Origin: Klebsormidium nitens
Taxonomy: Eukaryota > Plantae > Klebsormidiophyceae
DNA: 64,000 nucleotides
Assembly (NCBI GenBank): GCA_000708835.1
Contig: DF237191.1
Span: forward strand, 62,001 to 126,000
Reading direction: 5' to 3'
The notes under the pieces were generated by a model, which was given only the letters and a program-made list of their open reading frames with translations, was not told the DNA's origin and did no database searches. The translations under genes and the position numbers were made by a program. Positions within the stretch are counted from its first letter, which is position 1. Each line of letters begins with the position of its first letter. Shown piece after piece: positions 22,536 through 32,680 of the stretch.

Positions 22536-25500
22536 TTACTCTCGGTAGACCTTTGAAGGAGTTGGCTTTGTCTGCATGATCTCGTCGATCTTGTCCATGA
22601 TCTCAGGTGTCAGCTTGGGTACGAACTTGAATGCTTGCACGTTCTCTTCAAACTGCGGCAAGTGAGAGACAAACCCAGTTGGTATATCTTCACCTTGGCT
22701 TCGAGGCGCGGATCCCCAGGCCGACAAGAAAGGCTTACATCATTAAATTGACGCACTCAGTCTCAAGAGCGATCGAAACCTTCGCTCGGCGCTGAGGCCG
22801 AAACACAATCTGTTCGACCCGATGCCGACATTACGGCCACCATACCATCTTCCCAGCCCTGCTTTGAACCACCCGTTCAACTTCCAACATTTTCAGAAAA
22901 GCACGAGAGGAAGCAATGCGTTGCGGACAGGTTCGGGCCCGAAAGCGCCTGTATCAATAGAAAGGGCTTGCACGACGTTCGACAACTCATCAACGAAAGC
23001 GAGATCCACCCACCTGCTCGGGCTTCGAGGCACCCGTGATGACCGTCGAGACGTGGGGGTTCTTGAGCGCCCACGCGAGGGAGAGCTGGGCCAAGCTGGC
23101 GCCTACCTCTTCAGCGACCTTCTTGAGCTTGTCCACTTTACCCAGCTTCTCCTCCACCAGCGACCGCTCCCGTGAGCCCTGCACGAAGTGTTTGAATTGT
23201 TAGAATTCATTCAGAGAATTCAAGTGCGCGCACACTGGGGCAAGAATCAGCAGTGAAGCTTTCCTGTTGCAATTGACACGACTTCGAGATGATAAGGAAG
23301 TCTGTGATGAGCCGAGGCAACGACCGCAAGCTGGCGGAAATGTTGGAATACATAGGATGACGCAGATTACTGGTCGACTCGTTGACTTCAGTGAAGGCGA
23401 AGCTTGGGAAGAGCGACTCTGGCCTACACGCGCCCCTCTTATCGACTCAAGTATTGTGTCCCGTTGGCAAATTCCGCATAGCAACTTGAAGGTCCTCGAC
23501 GTTCCTCGAGGTCAAGGCCAAGTTGGGTGCGTCAGTGTTCCAACAATTTGATGCAAATAGCGAAGCTTCCGGCAATCAGGCCGCTCCCTGCCGACAGTGT
23601 CGTCCTCTCACCTTGTGAGCCTCGAGCGCAAAGCGCGAGCCTTCGGGGATGTGGTCCTTGGAGTACTTGCCCGTCAGCAAGCCAGACGCAAGCGGGGACC
23701 ACGTGGTGAGGCCCAGGCCGTACTCCTTATACAATGGAGCGTACTCAACTTCAACCTGAATATCAGCAGCAAGGAGGGCAATCAGACCTTAGGAATCTGC
23801 TGTTCGAGTGTCCACAATCGTCCTGTGGTGCGTAAACTCGATCCAAGCTTGGCCCTCTGGGAAGCTGTGAAAGGACCGATTGCTATAACGTTCCAGATAA
23901 CGGGCGCGGTTAGGCTGGGAGTTAGCGCGATCCGGGCTGCGAAACGCACACCGTTTATGGATTTTTGGAGGCCTGAGACTGGACGGCAAGTTTCTTCGAC
24001 GAAGGAGAACGTAGGGGAGATTCTCCCTCCATTTTCAGCCTCCGATAGGTCTCCACCGCGTGGCAGGCACCTGGCAAAATTCGTTGCACTGGTGACGTGT
24101 CAGGCTAGCTCTCAATGATGTTTTGTGACTGCTCACCTTCTCTCTTGCAAACAAGTTGTACTCTGGCTGCTCCACCAGCGGTCCGATCAGATTGAGCCGC
24201 TTGGCAACGCCCCAGGCTGCTTCGATCTGTTGAGCGGTCCACTCACTCGTGCCCCAGTAGAAGCAGTGACCCTGCAAGGGGTCGAGCATCCAGAATTGCT
24301 ACACATGTTACATGTTCAAAGCTTCGAAGTTTATATCCAATTTTAAGACTTTTGACTGCGCCTCACAGCAATCTGGGATGAACTGAATTCGCTCGATTTT
24401 GAATTCAAGCGAGGCCCGGACTATTCAGCTCCCATTTGAAGAACGGAAAATGGGTGAAGTGCCAGAGACGCTCTGGAAAGAGGTGAGGGAATCTGCCAAC
24501 CACGAGAGCTCTCTACTCTCAATCAGGCCCTTCAGTAACGTATTCAAAGGGAGAAAAACCTCGATTCTGTTTGCCAAGCGCAGAGTCCGTGATACAAATG
24601 TCAGCCCTATGCCCTCGTTGGCCTCCACAAAGCTGAGAAGAAATTCCCCAACCAACATGGAGGTAGAAGGCAGGTCGAATGTCGACCAATTCGACGAATC
24701 GTCTCTCTGCCCACCTTTTCAATGATGTGATTGAACGCCCTGACGGTCTCCTCCATGGGGGTTGTGACGTCGGGCCGGTGAGCGAAGATGACATCGAAGT
24801 AGTCGACTTGGTATCGCTTGAGTGATGCTTGAGTTGCTTCAACGATGTGCTTGCGGCTCAGACCCCTGAACACAACAGGAGTGATGTCCCTAAGATCACT
24901 GTCCTTCAGATAGTCCCAAGCTCCAACAACGTCTCTGCGATCTGCAGGGCTAATTCAGAAACCTCCACAACCTTGAGATAGCAGGAGCGGAACAAAGTTT
25001 CGACAAAAAGGCAAAGTAAGATAAGAGTGCAGAGCAGTACAAGTAACTTAGACGTTGGGGATTTGAAGGGCAGGTATAATCTGACACCGTTGATGCGCTC
25101 ACTTGTCATTGGGTCCTTGGCCTCCCCAGAATATCTTGGTGGTGAGGACCAGATCGGACCTCTTGGTGCCCAGCTCCTTGAAAGCCTGGCCCATCACTTC
25201 CTCCGCCTTGCCCCCGGCATATACCTCAGCATTGTCTGCAATTAAACATCCAACGATAACTTGAGACACAGTGAGAATCAACCCCCGTCACTGAACTACC
25301 TTGAAACTTCCAACGCAATCATATATCCAACGATAATTTCAGACGCAGTGTGAGTCAACCCTCGTTACTGGACTACCTTGAGACTTTTCTGCTGGCCATC
25401 ATGGTGTTCTAGTATTTGCTGCATTCCAGTTGATCCAGTAAGGGTCTTGGTTTACTGACCGAAAAAGTTGACCCCAGCTTTCAATGCTCCCTCCAGGATC

Positions 25501-26215
25501 TTCTTGGCCTCCGGAACCTGTGAAGAGAGATCAAGAGCGCAGTCGATCATACCATTTTAAGTGCATGTAGTGAGAAGGACCAGAGAATGACCATCACAAT
25601 TCAATAGTCAGGCAAAGAACTAGCACTTGTCCATCATTACATGCAGGGGATGCGACCTGAAGTTGAAAGTCTTATTGCTTGTTTGATTTTTCTTCACCAA
25701 GTAAACCAGGTTCAGTCACATACCTGGACCTGATTCCCAAAGGTAACCTGCACAACAGCAAATCTGGTTGAGATAGGAGCTTCAGCACCGTAAGCTCATG
25801 TCACAGAAAGCAAAACAGTTGATGACAAAGCTTGGTATAGCTTGTACGACTCTGCAAAGGGGGATAAAAAGAGATTGACATAGGACCATATACAACACGT
25901 AAGATCAGCACATCAGGCACACAACAATGAATCTGATCGTCCAATTCTGAATGCAGCATCACTCACCCAGGCGCCAAAGCTGAGGGCGCTAACTTTCAAA
26001 CCTGTGAATGTACAAAGACAGCATAGCTCAGATCAATAGGCACAAGGTCCAACTGAAGCCCGTAGCAGCAAAGAGACATATCAAGGAAGCAACATCTATA
26101 TAAAATTGAAGGGAGCAGAGAGGTGGAAGCAGTAATATCCAGCCTTTCATGGCATTCCAGCTTGCACCACTCTCGCATCAATCATACCTGATCTCCCAAG
26201 AAACCTGTACTCCAT
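22536..26215 (-). CDS. KAB1: Aldo-keto reductase of the K+ channel beta-subunit (AKR6/KAB1) family, copy B (tandem paralog)
   Basis: Same exon series as copy A: [10 protein letters not shown] / [11 protein letters not shown] / VTFGNQVQ / [19 protein letters not shown] / [12 protein letters not shown]...[14 protein letters not shown] / GLSRKH...FAHRPD / YWGTSEW / [13 protein letters not shown] / [22 protein letters not shown] / ...PSKVYRE*. Confidence 0.93.
25248..25387. repeat. Diverged 77-bp tandem duplication inside an intron of KAB1 copy B
   Basis: ATCCAACGATAA...CAGTG...TCAACCC...ACTACCTTGA occurs at 25248 and again at 25325. Confidence 0.8.
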
Positions 26216-27564
26216 CTTGAAGAACTTGCAGCTGTTGAGCTTCTATGGTGGTGCGCACAATTGCAAGTCAGCCACCTTCTTCTGGGTCCTCTTTGCTCCA
26301 AGAGACTTGCAAGCAATGGGCACCAGCAGAGTAAGCGCAGCGCAACCAGGGGAAGGACGCATGCAATGCTGCATGCAAGCCGCCAGCTGAATGCACGCTA
26401 GCGCCGGCGCGCAATGGTGGGCGGCCGCGAGTCTCGCAGTTGGCGGCCGCGCCGCTGCACGCGGCGCTGCGCATAACGCGTGTCCACGCTGGCGCTGCTG
26501 CGATCAGACTTAAAACGCAGTATGCTTCTCCGAGTAAGATTCAGCCTGCTCCAGTGAGACACCGCCCTGAACGTTGGCCAGGCTGAGTGTGAGGGTTGCA
26601 CTAGTGCCATCTCACTGCCTGATAATTTGGCACCGATTGTCTTTGGCATAAGCCGTACCAGTCGCTTCAATGCCCACCAGAAGCTAGCCTTGTGCTCACT
26701 TAAAGTAAACGTCAACTTCTCATGGTTTGGCAACCCAATGCTCCGTGCAAGCCGGCGGACCAGCTTTTCCACAAGGCTTCAATTCCTGCCGCTATTGAAT
26801 GGTTTTCCGCAAGGAGTTGATTGACTAAAGCATGTCGTCCTTGATATCTTTGCAAGCTGACATTGGTGCAAGCACGACACAGACATCGAGCAGCCATCTA
26901 CTTGAGCTAGACACCGTGCCGATCTCGGGCAGCGGCTTCAAGTAAAAGGCTGCACACGTAAGTTCAATTCGTTCACCGACAAAACGGCCGTCATGAAATG
27001 CCTTTTGTCTGCTTTGTTCACGGCAGAGCCGGCGCAAAGGAATCCAAGGAGGACACGGCGTAGGGCCAGGTTCAGTTGTGCTACGCCTTAACGGGTGAGC
27101 AGTTCAGTTCGTATCTCGACAAAAGCCTACTAAGAAGTATCATGCAAGTGGACGTCATTGTGCCAGCTTCACTTTTTACATCGCACTCGAATGTTATGAA
27201 AGTTTGGTTTGATTTTGTCGGATCAGAAACATGACGTTTCAAGAGCCTTGTTGCAGCTGCCAAGCTGTTCAGCTGAATGACCGGACTCTATTCGAGAGAA
27301 CAAAAAAAGCACAATTTCCCCTAGATTAATCTGCGGTCTGCGCAAACTCAGTGCTAATACTATCGCATCTCAAGACGTCGAGCCCGTACACCACATGAAC
27401 AATCCGTGTCCAGGCGCATACATTTCTAGCGGGAAGCACCCACAAAGACCCAGGCTTTCTTTTTTTCCAGGGGTCAGTCTCTCACTATCGACAACCAAAA
27501 GTCCTTCCTAGCCCTGCCTAACGATCGCAATGGACCGACTCCTTATAAGACATTAGAAATCCCA

Positions 27565-30500
27565 TTAGGGTCCGGGTCGAGGTATAGCAGGGGACCCGGT
27601 ATTGGTCGGGCCTGTAGCATACGTCAGGCCTATCCCCGTGATTGTCCTGTTGTAAAGCGGCTGAATGGGCCGGTTGTTTGTCCGGGCTCCGCCCGAGACC
27701 CCAGCAGTGGCGCTCATGAGAAGGATGATCTGCGCCTGGGAAGCATAGCGCGGCTTGGTCGTGACGTACCTGCAAGCACGAGAAATGGGCGCACGTGCGA
27801 AGCTCAAATCCTGACCACATGCATATGAACGAAGAGCGCCCTTCATAAATGTTGTGGTATTGAGCATACGAAGCTTCGAGAATAACGAATCCTGATGCAA
27901 AAGTCTATGCGGAAAGGGTGTACCAGTCCGCATTTCTGACGAGAACTCTCCCAAGTCCTTGAAAGCGAGCGTGAAGGCATGCTTATCGACGCGGTGAAGC
28001 GAAATCTGAGACGCCAATATAAGTACGCCCCTCATTGATATGCACGCGTTGGAAGACGCTAGCTAACTAGAACAAGCCACCTGCTTTACAATGAAGTTGC
28101 AATTGTTTTCCGTCTCACCAGGTGACGCCCTCAGTGCAGGGGGGCTGCGTCAGGCTGCCAACATAGGTGACGTAATCAGCGGGCCCGTTGGGAACCGTCA
28201 CGCTCGTGAAGTCCAGTACCCTGCCCGTGCTGACGTTAGCCGGGCCTCCGGCGACGAACGGAACGATCCTGAAAAAGGAAGATAAGCTTCGGAATCTGAC
28301 ACTGTGGGCGCGTAGATGCCGTAGAACCAATTTCACAACGCAAGGATTCGCTTTGTTCAAGTGGCATCACAAGCAAACGCAGGACCATGTCCGTCTGACC
28401 AAAAGATGGTGGTTGCAAGGTCGAAGTGGAAAAGATGGAACCAATTTAGGGTACTCGTGACGACGTGTGTTCGGTTATCCTAAAGAGCGTCCTTTCGAAA
28501 AAGCCTCGTTCGATTCCGTCGGGACGCATCTCTCTCAGACGTACTCAATAAACCCTTGTAAAGCTTTATCTGACGGTGTGAAACCTAGTCTTGGCGCGGC
28601 AGCACCATCGTTCTGGCAGCCACTGCTTTGTGCTTTCGGGCTGTTGGGGCCAACCTCCACAGCACTCTGGTCGAACATAAGGGAGTCTAAGGTCACGAGT
28701 CCAAGACTTACTGGTCTAGCAACAGGTCGGGAGAGGTATTGCTGGAGAGATAATTGCATGAGAATATGAGCTCGCGATTTGAAAGACTCACCGGGCTGAG
28801 AATGGTTCGGCCGAAACATATTTGAAATGGTAAAATGCACTTACAAAAAACAACATAGCAGAAACGGAAAGCCGCGCTCAGGGTTCAAGCAAAAATTCGA
28901 CCGATAGTGAGAGTAGGAGGTTGCGGGTCCAAAGGCTCACTGGTTCAAAAAGGGGTCAGGAGCGAAGTCTTCGGAGAGGTAGAACAGGATAGCTAGCACC
29001 GCGATTCTCTGGCCGGTCGCCGTCGCATCGCTCGACGTGCTGAGAAGGAAAGAGCGCTCGTTTGGTACGAAAACCGCTAGGAGATATCGTTTACAAAGAG
29101 AACAACTTTCAGTGGCTTTGACTCATTCGCTCCGTTCACCATCTTGACCCCCTTGCTGTACATAGCCTGGTACTGTGTATCTTCGACGCTTTTCTGCTCA
29201 ATTGACGGGCAAAGAACGTCTGATGGGCGATCACCCATTTTCGCTGGACTTCCTGATGTCGAGCAGAAGGCGCGCCGGTGGAAATACCAACAATCGTCGA
29301 CAGAGGAACGAGCCCTTGGATGTCCGCTTGTGTGGACTCGCTGTCGTATCTGGTGCAGCAATGAGAAAGCCCTCGAATGCGCAGCTGTCGAGAGCGTAGT
29401 TCTTTCCTGAGCGCTGTTCAACAAGCCTGAGAACGTCCCCACGTAACGCTCTGTGACCACGTTTGGAGTCGGACGAGCGCATCTTTGACAACCGTTGTGG
29501 ACGACGACAGCTGAGCCACTTTGTTTCACACTGCCCAGGGCTTGAATTTAAACCAATCAATGAAGCGAAATTCACCTGTGCACGTAGTGTGCCTCGAGCG
29601 TAGCGAGCTGTCCGTCAAGGGAGTGCTCTCCAACCTGGTGGAAGTGGATGTTGTGCAGATAGAACACGCTGCAAGCGTTGAGCAATCCAAAGCAAGGCGT
29701 TAGCAGGGGCGCTCTCTACCCGAAACGAGAGCAACGTAGAGCGAACCACTGCTGAGCGAAGGGAGGACCAGTATTCCAAGCTTCAAAGAAAAAGCAGCTC
29801 GCGATTAGACAGTGCGTCCTCGTAGCTGATCAAGCACCGAACGTACCCTGTAAGGAGGCCTTGTTTTCTGAATAAAGGGTTTGAGCAGTCCAGGGCTTAC
29901 GAATGAGACTCAAGGGCCTCATCAAGCGTTGGGCTTGAGCGTCGTATCCGGAGTCTCGCGCGGGCACTCCTTTTGTCTCACACGTTTCCTACCTTGTTCT
30001 TACTTATTGGAGGTCATGCTCCTCGCACCGGTTTGGAAGACAGTGACACTCATGGTCAAGGGCCTGAGTCGGGTAACCAATTCGAAGACGCGACTTACGT
30101 GCCGTCTGCCGCCGTCAGCGTGCTGTTGTTGTTCACCGGAATGATGACCCATTCGTTGTATGGAACTGTGTTCACCGCATAGTTGATCTGAGGCCGGTAG
30201 TCAATACGAATCGGAGGGGAGCTGGATACGCCCGCAGACGCTGTGGAGATGTCTATGGGGGACTGCTGACGCCCAGCCTACGAAAAGAACAGAGACATGA
30301 ACGAAAACATTGTCAGTAGAATTTCAGGATTATGCGACATCTTCGGGTGGAAGATGACAAAATACTAGAACAAGGAGACGACAAAGAAAGACGACGTACT
30401 CAGATGGAAAAAGCGTCGAGTTAGGTTCAGCAGCACATGATTGATGCTGCCGTCACTATGATTTGGCTGCGGCATGGAATACATACAACACGTCACGTTG

Positions 30501-31278
30501 ACTTGTTGGGGCAGAGGAGTGCTTCCTAAAGGGACAGGAGGAAGGATGCAATGAGTCCTGAAAGAAAAGGATAGAAGAAGGTTACGGCCCAGTTACGTTA
30601 CAGTGGCCGAATGACTCAAGTGTTTTGGTAGCGCCCAACATTTCGTCGGTGTAGCAATGACCAAAAAAGATATGGGGTTCGACTCTCCGGTTCTCCTTCG
30701 GGAACTCAGTTGTGGTGGTCACAACCTCGAGCTACAAGCTCGGGTCTGCAAACTGTCGGTTCAAACCCGGCCACCGACATCTCCTCCCTTTTGCTTATCC
30801 TCTTTTCATTCCGTGAGACTATTCTCTTGTGTTTGATAACGTAACCCGTTTTTGGTAGCGAGACCGGTGTTGTTCTGGTAACGTAACCCAGCCAGGGGCA
30901 AAGGATCACACGCAGACGAGGCGTTTGACCAGATTTGCCAGGTTAAAGGGAAGCTCACTCATTTGGAAAGCCTGCCTCTTCCACTGCAAAAGGGTACTTC
31001 ACCAGGGTTAACCAAACTTAAAGTCAGATTATCGCTGAGAGTTCAATGGTGCTTCTTCAAAAGCTCACCGTGCAGAGGCCGCCCCAGTCGGCTCCTGACT
31101 GCGAGTAGTTGAAGGGCTGTCCAGGTGTCACGGGTGCCAGCATGCGCCGTCCAAACCTGGTCCCTGACCCTTTAACGGCGAGTTTGGTAGCACACGCATT
31201 GACCTGTTCAGTGAGTATGTGGACTACTAGGCCGAAGAGGACGACGCTGATACAGAGCCTCGGTTTCGCGTGCGCCAT
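27565..31278 (-). CDS. Secreted/periplasmic alpha-carbonic anhydrase, ~311 aa
   Basis: Six in-phase exons: 31278-31069, 30277-30099, 29668-29576, 29039-28941, 28268-28119, 27769-27565 (936 nt). Hydrophobic signal peptide. Motifs GLC-x-AGRQQSPIDI, zinc ligands in NIHFH...GEH...LEAHYVH, IAVLAILF, YVGSLTQPPCTEGVTW and NNRPIQPL. Confidence 0.92.
30645..30779 (+). ncRNA. tRNA-like structured element (135 nt) in intron 1 of the carbonic anhydrase gene, antisense to it
   Basis: Perfect 7-bp acceptor stem GTCGGTG (30645-51) / CACCGAC (30772-78) plus A. TAGC follows the 5' strand. T-arm GTCGG-TTCAAAC-CCGGC (B-box). Hairpins GTTGTG-gtggt-CACAAC and CTCGAG-CTACAAG-CTCGGG. TTTT at 30789-92. Confidence 0.5.
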
Positions 31279-32680
31279 GTTTCTGCACCAAGGCGTAGAA
31301 TCAAGAATTGCGCGGAGAAGCCCAGGTCCCTTCCTGAGATAGCTGTGCTCAGCTAAGCACCTGATGAGACCAAGGTGCGACCGGCGCCGCTTCCACCCCA
31401 GCAGGTTCAATGTAGGCAATAATCTCCTCAAAGGAGGGATTGCATGCTTGTGTTGCAAGCAAACGGACTGAAAGCCTCTGCCTGGCCGACACCGTGTCGG
31501 CAGTCTTGATTCGTGTAGCTACACCTCCGGTTGCGGCAGTATATCTTCCGTGGCGGCAGTCTCGGATCCTCGTCACGGAAAGAGCTGACCCTTGCAAGAC
31601 CCTTGCTGACTCTTGCTGATCCTTGCATGACGATTTGCAGGGTATCGAGGAAGCTGCTGCATCCCCTGTAGCAATTGCTTCCTTTTCTCGATCGAGTTCG
31701 TCAACGTTGGGAGTAATCTTGACATCCCGGGGCCGGCGATGATTTAGCCGAATCAAAGTGTGAACTGTTGTGATGGTTTGCTTCGGTCTCATACATGATG
31801 CATTTGACGAGTGCGTCACTCTCCAGCCACCCATCGATGCTAGCTAGGCCTTATCGTTAAAGGAAGTTTTCTGCGGGCTTCATGTGTGTCTCCAACCCGC
31901 GACTTGACTTCAGCGTCGAAGATTCCAACAGCATCTTCCGCGACTAGCTCGAGCGAGGAGGCCCCCTCTAACAATGACGCGGGGTTAGCCTCGAGCCCGC
32001 GCCGTCTCGTTGACGTCTCCGACGACTGTCTTCAATTGCCCACCGTAGGTGGATATATCGACAGTCATTGACGAATGCAGTACGTGCTGTCCAATCACGC
32101 ATGATTACGCTGTAAAGTTTCGAACTTAGTGGGGAGATATCCTCGGCTTCGATCAATCAATGTCAGGCGGTCAACGCCTATGCATCATGTGCAAGAGAAT
32201 GCGGAATTAGAGACCATCAACCAAAGATTCCCTTAATATCATCGAATCCGTGCCCCTTTCGAGGGCCGGCGCTGAGCGAAAGCGACTGGATATGCACAAT
32301 AATCACGCCGACTTAGTGCAGAGCCGCCGAAGCAACAATCAACGCGCGAATCATTGTGCGTGAGCCGGCCCGCGCTTCCCGCCTTTCAGTGCATGTGGCA
32401 GCTCCTTCATGAATCAACGGTAGACCGGGACATGCATACAAAGATGATCATGAAATGAATCGGGTTTTGAGTTGGGGAAGAAAGAAACGACAAACGTACG
32501 AAATTAGGGGAGTGACTCAAGGCATGTTGCCAGTTCCAAACAATCATCTACCATATGACCAGATGCATCGCGCACGCGAGCGACTTCTTAGAAAGCAGCG
32601 CAATCACCATCAGTATCCTGCCATCACTATCCTTTTCCTCGAGGTCCAACGTCTCGCCACACACGCCGGATCAGCCACCC

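Noticed and set aside
26398-27263. Cluster of short minus-strand ORFs between KAB1 copy B and the CA 3' end
   Set aside because: No recognisable domain, transposase or RT motif, and no consistent splice-phase chain.
28535-29529. ORFs 28535..28840 and 29077..29529 as extra CA exons
   Set aside because: The six-exon model is complete, in phase and contains all CA motifs without them. They are intronic open frames.
29995-30055. Intronic HECHCLPNRCEEHDL, faintly echoing the zinc-binding exon (HNIHFHQVGEHSL)
   Set aside because: Similarity is too short and weak, and it ends in a stop. Not distinguishable from chance by eye.
30658-30752. Permuted tRNA-Cys(GCA) reading using CTGCAAA at 30746-52 and the first T-arm
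   Set aside because: The anticodon stem gives only 3-4 bp, there is no proper bulge-helix-bulge, and the D region would be too long.
31349-31834. 161-aa minus-strand ORF just upstream of the carbonic anhydrase ATG
   Set aside because: It is out of frame with the CA, shows no recognisable motif or clear splice link, and the CA already has a complete signal peptide. Probably chance or a 5' leader.
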